A DNA stretch of 64,000 nucleotides from Psammoneis japonica. Its lineage: Eukaryota. The notes below the pieces were generated by a model, which saw only the letters and a program-made list of their open reading frames with translations, had not been told where the DNA came from and made no database searches. The stretch lies in contig QPGO01000007.1 of assembly GCA_008632985.1 (NCBI GenBank), positions 682,001 through 746,000 on the forward strand. The letters are read 5' to 3'. The translations under genes were made by a program, and so were the position numbers. This document shows, piece by piece, positions 1-13,468 of the stretch (positions are counted from its first letter, which is position 1; each line of letters starts with the position of its first letter).

Positions 1-2054
1 AAAAGAGAGGGACGCGCGAGACAGCACAGGATGAAAGTGAGCGAAGATTTAGATTGAAGTTGTGGCAGCCAGACATCACATCGTGAATGTGAAAGAATGT
101 GAAAAAGCAAAGTTGTTGGGCACAGACAATTGAGATCTTCCAAGTGTTGCTGATCTTTGCAAGGTCATTTTCCTTGGCAGCTGGCAGGGGTTGTTGGCCC
201 AAGCTCAGGAGTTGAAAGCAGTGCGCAACTTTGAGCAACAGGTGCGGCACAACATTTTGTTGGCAGTGTCATTTGGTTCTTTGACAAGCCGGTGCAGTGG
301 CGCACAAGGCACCACTCCGCTGGCATCATTTGAGGTTGTGTGCACACCATTTGAGAGGGCAAGAAGTCATCTCAAGTCTGCTGCCAGAAAGAACCGCTGG
401 CTTGTTCACAGGATGAATTTTGTTCAGCACCCTCTGTGTGCACCCAGAGCTCAGCTTGAGACACTTTCCATTGTGACATCCCAAATGCTTTGATGTTTCC
501 AGAGGTGAAACAGGGTTTGTGTGCCGGCGCTTGTTGATGTCAATGAAAAACAATGTGTTGACTTGCGCCAGTCGTCACACACCAACAATCTTTTTCATCA
601 GACAAATGAGCACAACGAAAGATCAGGATCCATGCTGCACAAAAGTTGCTGCTTCACGTCGCAGCAGGTCTGCACAATCCCTTCGTTGAGCTTCTTGCTT
701 GAGGGAAGTTTTGTTGGTTTGTCAAGCAACTGAGCACATTGCTTGAGCAAGATTCTGCAACAAGTCATTCTCAGGCAAAAATGACTTTCAACTCAGACAT
801 CACAACAGGGATTCACTTGAAGAGCAGCACAAACACTTGACAAAGATTCTGCATGCTGCAGGCCACTCTCATGTCAAAATGACTTTAAGCTCTGGCATCA
901 CGACAAGCACTCGCTTTTAAAGTGCAACAACAAGTTCATGAAGCCACATCGGTCCCACCCACAAAGCTTTCATGGAACAACTGACACAAGGGATTTGCTT
1001 GGGAGATCAGGGCACCTTCCAAAGGTTCTTTCCCTGAACAACCAACATGATGCCATTCCAATCAGTCAGCTCTCACTTCGTCCGACGGTTGAGTGTCGAC
1101 AATCGGTCGTTTGTCGGATTGTCGCCAAAAAAAATTTCACATTCACAGAAAAATCGGCACACCTCTGTCAGGGTCACCACACATTGTCCTCCATTGCTCG
1201 CACATCACATCTGTTGTCAACTCATCACGTGTGTGACATTGCCGCCCACAACGGGAACAACCTCATCAAACCACTTTCCAGAATTGTTCAGTTGTCAACG
1301 TCAGAATCAACAGCACCCAAAGTGGTGCTGCAATGCATTTGGCCAGTTTGCAAATGCCTGAACACCCCATTGATGCAAACAACAAAAGTGACGTCAAATT
1401 AATGCTGCAAGAAACAGTCAAAAATCCCCAAAATGACAACATGCCTCGAAAATGAGATCATGAAGGTGTGCTTTTCTCTTCACCGAATGAATCACCATCA
1501 ACCATTTGCAACGAACTAAGAGCATCAAAAAAAGTTGCTGCAGCTTTTTTGTGTGATGGTCAAAAAACCCCATTTTTCATTTGGGGTTGGGCACTCATGA
1601 ACCTGCCACCACTCCGGTGTGAAGAGATGCCATGAGATTTCAGCCCGACTCCGGGTCCCTCCCCGGCGTTGACCTGTCACACGGCTGACCCACAGAAGTG
1701 CAGCCAACAGACCAAGTGTCGGGTGCAACACTTGTGAACAAAAAAACAAATCTTGACACTGTGTGTCCTTGAGTCCAGTCAAAGCCAACACAAAAATCAT
1801 TCTCCTGTGCTGCAGTTCCCAGCACAATTTCCACAAAAACCTCGATGTGGACACTTTTTGGACACTCCTGGACACAAGGTTGTCATGTCCGTGATCTGGA
1901 TTTTCAAGGATGACATTTGCTTGCAGAACCATCTGGGCATTTTGCTGAAAACATGCAAAAAGTGCACACAACAATCTCAAAGATCCTTTTGAGCCATCAA
2001 CTGCCATCGAATCACATTTGTGTTTTGCATCATGCTTGATTGAAATGCCACCAT

Positions 2055-2195
2055 TTGCTGAAACATGCAGCATGATGTTTCAGCAAGCGCTGAAACATGA
2101 CATGTTTCAGCAGAACTTGCTGAAACATGCATTTTGCTGAAACACATTTCAACAAAATCTGCTGAAACATGAGCCCTGTTTCAGCAATTTTGCTG
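2055..2195. repeat. Cluster of direct and inverted GCTGAAAC/GTTTCAGC motifs
   Basis: Repeated GCTGAAACATG and TGTTTCAGC. Resembles the subterminal repeats of a DNA transposon. Confidence 0.7.
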
Positions 2196-2589
2196 CAATT
2201 GTGGTGGTGTTTTGTTCATGCTTGTCTGTAAAATGACAAACAAACATGCAACACACAAATGCACCCATTGCCCGACAAACATTGAAAGCTGCCGTTGCAA
2301 CCTCAATGGCCGCACGGTGCTCTCAATGAGCACGACGATCATCCCAACTGTAAAATCCAACTGCATGATTGAATGACGCACCCCAGCTCCAGGTGGGACC
2401 TTGTGCTGTTGAACTGTGACATGAGCAGTTTTTTGAATCGCGTTGCATGTTGCGCATGTGGATTTCTGCATGATTTTGGTGACATTTTGTGTCAATTTGC
2501 TGTGCAATCATTGGGGGATCCAGTCAACAACTTTTGACATTTTTTTCTTCTGCGCCATTCTCAAATGTCTTGAGAATGGTGCAAGGCGA

Positions 2590-5072
2590 CCCACAACAAG
2601 ATCAAAGGCACGCATGTTGCGTTGATTGATCATCAACCAGTTTTTACCCGCGACAATGCTGTCAAGTGTTTCCAGCAGTTGCGCGAGTCTGGCAAGACAC
2701 ATTTTGAAATTGAATTCGCGCCAGAACATTGCTTGGACTCTCAAGCTCTCCAACGTGCTCTGATGGAACACAACATCTTCTCCCCCACCCCAGACCCTGA
2801 TGATGAACATGTCCCGGAACTTGCACAGGCTGATGTGCATGCCATTGCTGTGATGCGCCATCCCAATGCTGATTTTGAAGCTTTTGACAAGGATGACATC
2901 CTGCCACCTGCACGTGTTGACTGCGACAACAGTGTCATCAACATCCATGCAATCTCCTCCCACGCAATTGCCCCAGAGGAACAAGCCTTGGGTGCTTTCA
3001 CTCGCCATCGCCTCAAGCAATTGGATGCTTGGCCTGAATGGCATGCGGGTGAATTTAAACAACTTGACCAGTTTCATGAGTTGGGTGTGTTTGGTGCTCC
3101 CATCAAACGTCCAAAGGATGCAGTTGCACTGAGACCACACTGGCAACATGACCTCAAACATGACGGCAAGCGGCGCTCTCGTTAGTGTTGCGACGGCTCC
3201 CCTCGTGCTGCATCCATTCTCCACCATCTTTGTTCAACATGCTCCTCCTGTGTTGAGCAACCTGTCCAATGGATGTTCTTTGCCCTGGCAGCTGCAATGG
3301 GTTGTCTGGTGCATGGCGGTGATGCCCGTGATGCCCATGCCCACTCTCCCCGCCTGTCACATCCTGCACACGTTGCTGTTGATGATGCATGTGCAACTTG
3401 GTGTGAGTCTTGCTTTGGAAAGGAGTTGGACAGGAGCGCGGTCCTCCCTGTGCAACATGCTCTTCAAGGACACCCAGAAGCCAGCGTGCTCTGGGAGAAT
3501 CACATCAATGGCATCTCATCTGATGTGAATCTTTTGTTTTGGAACACTGCTCATGACAAATGTGTCCACTCTGCCACATTTGAAGGACACAAAATTTTGC
3601 TCCTTTGCCAGGTCAATGACTTGCCATCGCTTGCCCTGAAGAGTCCATTGCCAAGACGATTTATGACAGGATTGGCAAAACCCTTCAATTGGACTCAGAA
3701 ACTGCTCCACCTTTCAAGCACCTTGGCCTCCTGGAGGAATTCAATGGCGTGGACATCCATCAGCATGATGATTCAATTGGTGTCGCCATCCACAATTACA
3801 TCAACCGTGTTTGCCTCTCACACGATTGGTTTGCACCAAGTGATGAAGAACTCCTTCATGACTTCAAGGCGACTCCGATTCCGGTGGATTCTGTTCGTGA
3901 TCTTTACACTGCCATTGGCCCTGCTGAAGGTGCACTGGAACATGCGGAGCTGCAACAAGCTGCTGGGTTTGGATGCCGCACCCTCCTTGGTGAGCTGTTG
4001 CACACACATGCTGTCCGTCGACTCGACATTGGCTGTGCCATCACTGCCCTTTCCAAGTTCTCCACTTGCCCTGTGGTGGCACACTGCGATGCACTCAAGG
4101 GTGCATGCAAGCATCTTCGACACACCAAACATTGGGAATTGAACTGCAAGAAATCTAAACGTGACCCGAGCCTCCCTGCCTGTCCGCATGAACGCTTGAG
4201 TCCTGATCCGTCTCTCCCATCATTCCCTGCTCCTGAGTGTGACCATCAACTTGTTGCCTTCCTTGATGCTGCATGCGGAAATGATCTTCGTAATCGACGT
4301 TCTACGACGGGACATGCTTGCATGTTGGCTGGTGCTGCCATCTCCTTTTGTTGCAAGACGCAGTCGGTGACCACTGCGAGTTCTACAGAAGCGGAATTCT
4401 GTGCTGCTGGTGCCACCGCCAAGCATGTTCTTCACCTTCGCCATGTGCTGCATGACCTTGGTTCTTCCCAAGTGAAGCTGACCCCCTTGCATGTTGACAA
4501 CAAATCGGCCATCAAGATCATCAATCATTGGATTCCGACCGAGCATTCGCGCCACACTGAGACTCAGTTCTTCACGATTCAAGAATGGAAGGAAGCAGGC
4601 AAGATTGTCACTGGACATGTCCCTGGCATTGTCAACCCCAGCAATGACCTTGCCAAGGCTCTTGGGTGGGTGCTCCATGCTCGCCACACTCGACGCATGA
4701 TGGGACACTGCCGTTGACATTTTTTCCGCGGTGGCCTCCCCTTCTGCGCATTGCCCCGTTGTTTGATGCGCATTGGGCTTGGACACCTTTGGTGTCCTCT
4801 TTCTGGTTGCTCCATTCACATCATCCCTGTTCTTGTTTTGATCTGCACTGTCTTCCATTTTTGAGATGTTGCAGATCAGGGGAGGGTGTCAGTCCACCTG
4901 TCGCATGATGGACAGACTGTGTGTGGATGATGACCAGACCATTTAGACAGACGAGCAGATCTCTCTGAGATCTGCCTCTCACTTTCTCATCCACCAGCAC
5001 TGTGTTGTCACAGTCCCAGTGCTCAGGGAGTCTTTCACACCTCTGTTGTCATTGACCTTCAGTGTTCTGTCA
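2590..5072 (+). mobile_element. 5'-truncated Ty1/Copia retrotransposon (RT-RNase H, PPT, 3' LTR), pseudogenised
   Basis: RT motifs RPHWQ..K.DGKRRSR and ALQGHPE, then R.LLGELL...R.DI. RNase H motifs DAA.GND.RNRRSTTG, SSTEAEF, VDNKSAI. Contains a stop and a frameshift. PPT AGGGGAGGG at 4878-4886. Confidence 0.92.
4887..5072 (+). repeat. 3' LTR of the truncated Copia (TG...CA)
   Basis: Starts TGTC directly after the PPT and ends GTCA exactly where homology to the interrupted TIR resumes. Confidence 0.7.
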
Positions 5073-5864
5073 CCACAAACTTGGTCGTTCATTTTGTGTC
5101 AAAGACAAACACATCCATTGACCAAAGTGCAAACTGCAGAGCTCGCACGCAGAATTCTGTGGGGCAAATGTCACAAAAAGTCCCACCCAGGGCTGGAACG
5201 CATCAAATTGCACACATTCAAGTTGGTGTGTTGGTGCATTCTTGCCTTTCTTGCATCTGAAATGGGCGCTGTAAGATGACACGAGCAATGAAGTTTTTCA
5301 TCATGGCGGTTGGTGATTGGTGCACACATCACATCCCGGAGTCATGTGTGATCCTGCAAACAAAGTGTGGTTGAAGGCTGTCATTTTTCTGAAAAGTCTT
5401 GATGGACGTGCACTGTGTTTTTCGACACCTGTTTCACCTCCACAGCTGCAGAAGTGTGGCCCATGATGTCAATTGGCATAAAATGACAGCATCTCAACAA
5501 AAGATTCCAGCAAAACAAGGTGCAAAAGACCCCGAAAAAGAGGAAAAACACTTTGCTGCAGCAATTCTTCATCATGCAGTGCCAAGACAATGTTGACTGT
5601 GTGGTGATTAAAATGCATCATCACAGCACAGCATTGATGCAGCAGCATTTTTAAAATGTGGGCTGTTTGAACATTTTGCTTTTGCAGCAATTCGTTTGCT
5701 TCCAGCCTTGTCAAAGTGCACTCAAAGGTGCTGACCGCAATGGCAAGTTTTTGTGCTTCAATGTGCTGCATGTTTGCAAGCAGAATGGCACCAGCAACAT
5801 GGGTGTTGCTTTTTTTGTTCAGAAACTGATTCGCGCATCAACACATGATTTTGCCTGTTGCGTG

Positions 5865-6140
5865 TCTCAGCAAAATTTGCTGAAACATGCAGGTTCCAGC
5901 AATTGCTGAAGCATGACAGGTTTCAGCAATTGCTGAAACATGACAGGTTTCAGCAGAATCTGCAGAAACATTCAGCAGGTTTCAAAAATTGCTGAAACGT
6001 GCATTTTTGGTGATGCACGACTAAGTTTTTGCTGAAGCATGCAGCAAACACAAGACTGAAATGCATCTTTTTAGTCATGAGCATCAACAATGCTTCCAGC
6101 TGGGGTTCACTCATTTCCGTTGAAATGCGCGTTTCAGCAG
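5865..6140. repeat. Second GCTGAAAC/GTTTCAGC motif cluster
   Basis: Tandem GCTGAA(A/G)CATGACAGGTTTCAGCA units, the same motif as at 2055-2195. Confidence 0.7.
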
Positions 6141-6268
6141 ATTGCCCAGATGGACTAAAAAATGTGCAATGCCAAAAAAGTGAAGATGCCAAAATGTTGA
6201 AGTGTGCTTTTCCATTTTCTCACTTTCGACCTCTTGTTGGAACATTGGGGTCAGACACAGGTTTCACA

Positions 6269-6688
6269 CAGGGTCGACCATTTGCAAAGTTTTCTGCAGC
6301 AATCAGATTGCAATTGGTCGATTGCACTGCTGTTGAGCAGCAATTGGTCAACTGCAATCGTGCAGCAATTGCACGGTCTGACAAACAGATTGCAACAGTG
6401 ACTGCAATCACCCCGCCGGCCAGGCATGCCCCCCGTGCAGGGGCACTCTCTGCGCAAGAGCGCACTCCACGCAGGAGAAAAGCCTGCCGCAGGCAAAGAA
6501 ATCAAGCCATTTCACTGATTTTGGCTGACAAAAGAGCTCAAATTTTGATTGCAAACGATTGCAACAGTCCACTGTGATTGTGACCTTGGCTCTTTCCCAA
6601 CAATCAGGTCATTGCAATCAAGTTTGCAATTGCAATTGCAATCAAAGTGAGGCTGATTGCAGTCAATCCCAGCAATTGGTTGACACTG
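6269..6688. mobile_element. Non-autonomous hAT-type MITE, 420 bp
   Basis: TIRs CAGGGTCGACCA (6269-6280) and TGGTTGACACTG (6677-6688). Perfect 8-bp TSD GTTTCACA (6261-6268, 6689-6696). Many internal ATTGCAAT motifs. Confidence 0.88.
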
Positions 6689-8219
6689 GTTTCACAGGAC
6701 AGACAGACAAAGTTGCAGTGCATGATGCACTGATGATCATGGACAATGTGGCAAGTTTGTGCACACAAGCTGAGTGAACTGATGTGGCTCTAATGGCATT
6801 GTTTGTGTCATCATGAGAGGGGGGAGTTTGATGCTGCTGTGGGCCATTGTTTCTTCATTCTCCACGGTGTTTGTTGTGCATGTTGGTGCAATGTTGTCTT
6901 TGATCTCCAAAACTGTGACATCACTTTCAACACCCCAACAGCTTCCAGCACTTTTTGTTGAATCTGATTTTGTTGAAACTGACTGCAGCTTCAACAACCA
7001 ATGTTTTTGGCTCAGCAAGTTTTTGTTGAAGCTGCGCAGTTTCAACAGATTGTTTGACAAAGAAGCCAACTGTCAGCAACAGTTTTTCAACATCTTTTGA
7101 GATCATTTGGCTCAGATGTCTGTGCCTGAACAAGTTCTCAACATGCAAGGCAACACACAATGCTGCAACAGTTGCAAATCTGGCATTTTGTGATCACAAC
7201 TGTTCTTTGGGCATGACTTTGTTTCATGTGGTCCAGCATGGTTGCATGCACAAGTGTGCCAAGCACTTCTGCCAACACACTTGCAACAGATTTGAGGCAA
7301 CTCCCAGTCTGTGCATCATTTTGTCATGCCATCATAACATGTTTTGTGTTGTCATCATGTTGTTTTGTGCAGCATCATCAAACATTGCCGCACAAGCAGC
7401 TTCATGGTCGACAAGTCAATTGTTTTTGGGAATCACAAAACAAGTGATGTGCAACAGAATTTGCAACACAGTGCTTGAACCAGCTTCTTTCCTTTGCACC
7501 TGCAGTTGTCAACCATTGAGTCTAAGATGAGTGAAGAAAAGTGGCTTGAAGATGCTGACAAAATTGTGGTCAACTGCTGTTTGCTGCACCCTTGGCACAG
7601 GCACATGTGCTGCTGCTGTGATGCTGTTGTTTCAGCACTGTTGCAGTGTTTCACCTTTGGCTTTTTGTGTGCAGCCCCCCCTCCACTTTTGCCAAGAATG
7701 TTTCAGCAGCCAACAATCTCAAAAGTCCCCTCCAGCTCCAGATTGGCAGCTTGTCTTGCTGCCTGTTGGTGGAGCCTCAGCTCAGCTCGCTCCCACTGAT
7801 CTGCATCAGTTTCAAACATGATGGTGGTGGTCATCTGGTGGTGCAGCTCAAGAATGACCCATCAGCGTGATGACAACAAAAAGCTAAAAAGCTGGGTTGT
7901 GTCTGTCCCTGGCATGTGCTCCCATGTCCCCAACAACAGCAAAGGCCATCGGCTCACCTGTCTGGCACTGCGGTCAGCTCAAAAAGCATGTCTCTGTCTG
8001 TCCTGTGCTTTGCAACATCTAACTGATTGTCTTGGAACCACAACAGCTGCTGGCAGACTGTCGCCACTTGCCGGCAGTGGACAGCAGATGTGGCAGCTCC
8101 AGGGTCCATGTGGATGAGTGCAAAAAGCAGACTGCAGGAGCAGCATGGAAGACTTTGGTGTCAGAACACATGACACAGCAACTTTTCAGTGTCAGAACAC
8201 AGTGCGATGACCCATCAGA

Positions 8220-8713
8220 CCAAGTCCTCACCTCATGTCACAGACTCCAATCCCAAGTGCAAACAGCCTGACATTGAGACCTGATGGTTTGGCCTTGGAA
8301 CAATTTTCGTTCCCAATGTGAACACCCCCCAGGGACCCAACAGCACTGCAGTTGACACAGGGCAAGACCAGAACAACTCTTGACCTTGCAACACATGATG
8401 GCAAATGTTGCAGCAGCATCAACAACATCCAATGTCATTGAGAAATGACTGTTGACTTCAGCACACAAAATTGAATTCACCAAATGTCGCACATGTTCAA
8501 AGCCAACTTTGTGCTGGACACACAAACCACATGCTCTGACTCACAGGACCAACAAACGATGACCATCAAACCAAGTTTTCACCTCAGGTCACAGACTCCA
8601 ATCTCAAGTGCTGCAAATGGTCTGATGTTAAAACCCAGTGGTTTGGCCTGGGCATTTTTTTTCATCCTGATGTGAGCAACCCCCCGGGGACTCAACAGCA
8701 CCGCAGTTGACAC
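8220..8713. repeat. Diverged direct repeat of about 140 bp (8220-8358 / 8571-8713)
   Basis: Both copies share GTCACAGACTCCAATCYCAAGTGC...GGTTTGGCCT...CAACAGCACYGCAGTTGACAC. Confidence 0.75.
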
Positions 8714-10399
8714 TGCCACCATGACTCACTTGCAAAATTTTGATCCAATTGCTGACGGGTTCCAGTCCCAGCAGGTGGGACTTTTTGTGACATTTGCCCT
8801 GCAGAATTCTGCGTGCAAGCTCTGCAGTTCGTACTCTGGTTGATGGACACATTTGTCTTTGACATGAAACAAGCGGCCAAGTTTGTGGCACACACATCTC
8901 TGTTCGCACTCAAAGTTTTGGACAATGCGCCTGCCCTGCGCCATTCTTGAGACACTCAAGAATGGCGCAGAAGGAAAAAATGTTGGCAGTTGTTGAATGG
9001 ATCCCCTGACAATTGCACTGCTGTGTAAAATCAGACAAAATTTTGCCAACATCACGCAGAAATGCACGTGCGCGACATGTGGCGCGATTCAAAAAACTGT
9101 CGATGTCACAGCCCAGCAGTGCGACCTCGCTGCACCTTCCGAAATGGGCTCCCAACCCTCCATCTTGCACAATGGCCCATTTTCTTTTTGACACCATCCT
9201 TTGCGATTTCGTCGACCCTCTCTTCCTCATCCTCTCTGCCTCTGAGTGTCAACCCTTTGCTTTCCTTCCTGTCCTCAACTGACTTTAAACAACAACACAG
9301 CCCCACACCACCCCTTTCTGACACCTCCAACAGCCCTGCCTCCCAAATTTCTCTGTCCCGTCTCCGCCTCAACCATGCCAACACCATCAGCAATTGCACC
9401 GGTTGCCGACTGTGTTGCTCTGCTGGATTAAAAGCCAGCAGTGTTCCCAAAACACACTCTTTGACCAGGCACCTGCCAGCTCTCTCTGCTGTTTGTTGCT
9501 TTGGCATGGATGAGTTGTTCCTCAACCCGGATTCCTTTGATGACCCTTCTGATTGCTCCTCCAAATGCAACCCTTCTGATGACTCCTGTGAGTTCAACCC
9601 TTCTGACGTCGATCCTCAATCCAACGATCATAACTGGACCACCACCCAAATGACATCCTTTCTTCTTTCTTCGGTTTGTCCCACGAATGACAACACTGCT
9701 GCATGCTCCAATGCTCCAACAACCTTTGACTCCCAAAGTTGGTGTCAACAAGACCTCCCAAATCTCATCTCTCATCCTCCCCTGCATCGGTCTTACTCCG
9801 ACTTGGATTTGCCAGACCCAACTTGCTGTGATGCCATTCTCCCACCAACCACCTTCCACCCAAGTCCTCCACCTGCTCCCCATCTTCCTCCGTTTGCCAT
9901 CTCCTTCCTCTGCCACCCCATTTTGCCCATTTTCTCTTTGATCCTTTGGCTCCTCCCTGCTCAATCCCCAAGCTTCCATCCTTTCGTTGCCCTCCTTGAG
10001 TCCGCCGTTTCCTCCACCAACTTGGCATTGCCTCCAATCTGTCCTTCTGTCCTTTCCTTGCACTCGCCTGCACCGTGGACCCCCGCATTTTCACACCATC
10101 ACCAGACCTTGCCCTCCTCCTTTGCAAATGCTTCTGCAACAAGACAGCCTGTGATGAACCCCCCCCCTCCTTTGTCTGCCGAGTTCCCACATCCCTTCTT
10201 CACTTTGACAACTTCCTTCTCCACATTGACAACTGCCTTGACAACTCTTTGGCTGGTGCCGGCATCCGTGCTCTCGGCCAACCCTTTTTTCTCCATCTCC
10301 GAGCATGCTCCACGTGACTCTCCCACCACCCATTTCTCCAGACCAATCCCCTTCAACACCACAGACACCCCAATCACAATGACAAGGTCCCACCCAGAC

Positions 10400-11270
10400 C
10401 TGGAACGCATCTGCTCAACTCCATGCTGCTCAAGTGCCATCAAGTTGATTCATGAACTGCTGCCAACAAATGAGATTGCTCGCCAATGCAATCCAGTCCA
10501 GCCTCATCATTGCCTCTCCTTTGTGAACATCCAATGGAGGACAGGGATCACATCCTTTGGTGTCCAGCCAATGAAGCATGGAGACGCAAATTCTCACAGG
10601 GTCCACAAAAATGCTGCGACAAGATTGGTGCAATGCCTCCTCTCCAGGATCTTCTTTCGTCCTCAATCGAAGCATGGTTCAACGGTGAGATTGCATGCAA
10701 TGATGACATTCCCCCAATTGCTGCATCCTCTTTGGTGCTTCCAATCAGACATCGGATGGAGACAAGTGTTTGATGGCCGGCATTCCACCCAGCGGAACAC
10801 ATTTCAGGAGACACACCTTTGAGACATTAGACTGTTGGACGAATGTAGAAAGGAGAACAGCCTGCCTCCCAATTGGGTGGCACAGATTGGAACTTGCATT
10901 TAGAAATCCTGGTGAGAGTTGTGGGAGGAGCACAACAAAACGATCCACGGTCATGATGCAGACACAAGGCAGTCATCCTTGCAAAGACAGGCAGATGCAG
11001 AACTCACGGCTGCATGCAACAAAAGACAAGAGCACCTGGCGAAAGACAGAGACACACTGATGGATTCAGCAGAGGATCACCGCTCCCACTCCACTTCACA
11101 GATGATGAGCTGGATTGCAATGGCTGGACCATGGCTGAGAGACAGCCTCAAGAAAGCAAAGCACTCCACACTTCGCGGCACTCACTCTGTGGCTGGTTGT
11201 TTTGGCGGGGTGTCACCTTCCGGTGACACCCACTCTGGCCAGTCCATGCAGGCTCCTGCTGCACCGTAAG
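10400..11270 (+). mobile_element. 3' remnant of a non-LTR retrotransposon (LINE ORF2 C-terminus), frameshifted
   Basis: Pieces in several frames: KLIHELLPTN, C..C.HP.EDRDHIL.CP zinc finger, QSDIGWRQVFDGR, WEEHNKTIHG (W..RN...HG). Confidence 0.7.
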
Positions 11271-11419
11271 GTGCACTGGGAGTGCGGGTCAGCCAGCACC
11301 GGCCCAGCTGGCAAAGGAGTCAAGGCTTTTTAAAAACAGATCTGTTTTTTTTTATTTCATGTGTTTTGCAGCCCAACTTGTGTTTTCCAAGTGCTGTTGC
11401 CACAGTGTGCATCTTGGTC

Positions 11420-11589
11420 AGAACAACTTTGCCAATTTTGTTTGTTGGAGAGAGAGAGAGAGAGAAAGAGCAATGATTGCATGCCACAGCTGCTTGCACA
11501 ACCTCGGAAACCTTCTTTCTTGCCACAAACTTTGCACCTCCCAAGGCCCCCCAGTTTTGTCCTGCCAGATTGCAAACAGGGCAGCCCCT

Positions 11590-11631
<42 letters not shown>

Positions 11632-11978
11632 TGGTGATTGAATTTGAATCATCCCAATCAACTTGTCCGCCCTCCTTTAGATCTTTTTAACACAACAACT
11701 TCAACCACGTGAAATCATTCGACCAAGTCAACTCACCTGTTCTCCCCCACCATTCAGATCTTTTTAACATGACAACCTCAACCTGCAAACAACAACAGCC
11801 AGCTGCTGATGAAGCCACCGCAAAAGTCTCACTCCTGACTTCAGCCAACATTGTTGTGCCTGCCATTTGCCAAATGGTTGGACAAACATCCAAACTGGCA
11901 GCTCCTGCCTTGGCTGCTTGCACTCTTGTCAGCAAAATTTGACAGAAAATTGGCTTCACCAATTTTGTTCATTCACTC

Positions 11979-12016
<38 letters not shown>

Positions 12017-13002
12017 AATGTTTGCATGCCACAGCCACTTGCACAACCTCGGAAACCTTCTTTCTTGCCACAAACTTTGCACCTCCCAAGGCCCCCCAGT
12101 TTTGTCCTGCCAGATTGCAAACAGGGCGGCCCCTGAGAGAGAGAGACAGAGACAGAAAGATGGTGATTGAGTTTGAATCGTCCCAATCAACTCGTCCACC
12201 CTCCTTCAGATCTTTTTAACACAACAACTTCAACCACGTGAACAACAGCAGCCGGCCACTGATGAAGCCAACATGAAAGTCTTGTTCTCCTGACTTCAAC
12301 CAACATTGTTGTGCCTGCCATTTTCTGAAACAGCTGGGTGAACATCCAACCAAGTGGCTCCACCTTGTGTCATTTGTTTGTCACATTTGACAGAAAATTG
12401 GCTTCACCCATTTTGATCATTCAAGAGAGAGAGAGAGAGAGAGAGAGAGAACAACCCAGTCCAAATGCGTGCACCATCAAACTGCCTCCTGTTCACATTC
12501 AATGCTGAGGCCTGCCATTCGAACATCCCCACTGCCAGAGCACTTCAAGAAATTGTGTTGCATCTTTGCTGACACAAACAAACCCACCAACACTTGCCCT
12601 CATTGAAGCCCTCTGAATTGTCATGAAGAACAACATCTTCACATTTGGCAACACCACCTGGCACTGATGCAACGGAACAGCCATGGGTGCACCACCCGCA
12701 CCTCCACATGCAATTCTGTGCTTTGGCATTCACAAGGATGCACTCATGGAAAAGTTTGGCCCCAACCTCGTCAGCTGCAAATGATTTGTTGACAACGTGT
12801 TTGGAATCTGGTGGGGATCCCAAATGGTGGACTTGTGGACCTTGCAATTGACTCAAAGGATTGCACATCCACGCAACCCTTCATGCATGATTGTGCGCTG
12901 CAGTCAATCTTGCAACCTTGGAAATTTGCTTTCATGCCACAACCTGCACATCTTGTCTGCCCCCCCCCAGTTTTGTCCCACCAGATTGCAAACAGGGTGG
13001 CC

Positions 13003-13059
<57 letters not shown>

Positions 13060-13144
13060 NNNNNNNNNNNNNNNNNNNNNNNNNNNNNNNNNNNNNNNNN
13101 NNNNNNNNNNNNNNNNNNNNNNNNNNNNNNNNNNNNNNNNNNNN

Positions 13145-13184
<40 letters not shown>

Positions 13185-13187
13185 AAA

Positions 13188-13251
<64 letters not shown>

Positions 13252-13468
13252 AACAGCGTGCGAAAGTCTCGCTCCTGTTGGCCAACATTGTTGTGCCTGC
13301 TGTCAGCCGAACAGTTGAATGAACATCCGAGCCAGTGGCTCCCACCTCAGCCACTTGTGTTCTTGTTGGTCAAATTTGATGGAAAATCTGCTTCACCAAT
13401 TTTGTTCATTCAAGAGAGAGACAGAGACAGAGAGATGGTGACTGAATTTGAATTGTCCCAATTGACTC
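11420..13468. repeat. Complex satellite: units of about 530 bp carrying (GA)n tracts, plus (GAAA)n at 13145-13253
   Basis: Near-identical blocks at about 11430-11715 and 11960-12245, with partial copies up to 13468. The unit resumes at 18526-18780 after a TIR insertion. Confidence 0.85.
13060..13144. other. Assembly gap (85 N) between (GA)n and (GAAA)n microsatellites
   Basis: Run of N in the sequence. Confidence 0.99.

Larger units (their letters stand above)
2397..9128. mobile_element. Putative long-TIR DNA transposon remnant (possibly Mutator-like); left TIR interrupted by a Copia fragment
   Basis: 2400-2588 plus 5073-5190 is the reverse complement of about 8770-9125. Both arms carry the hairpin TGCGCCATTCT...AGAATGGYGCA. 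No clean TSD seen. Confidence 0.55.

Noticed and set aside
165..720. Possible tyrosine-recombinase (Crypton-like) remnant
   Set aside because: Only a vague resemblance in degraded frames; no catalytic motif can be supported.
9062..10400. 586-aa ORF as a real protein
   Set aside because: Low-complexity, nearly Tyr-free read-through that fuses a TIR, a Pro/Ser-rich tract and a LINE fragment.
11420..12450. CRISPR-like repeat-spacer appearance
   Set aside because: Eukaryotic context; the units are long satellite copies with microsatellites, not constant short repeats with unique spacers; no cas genes.
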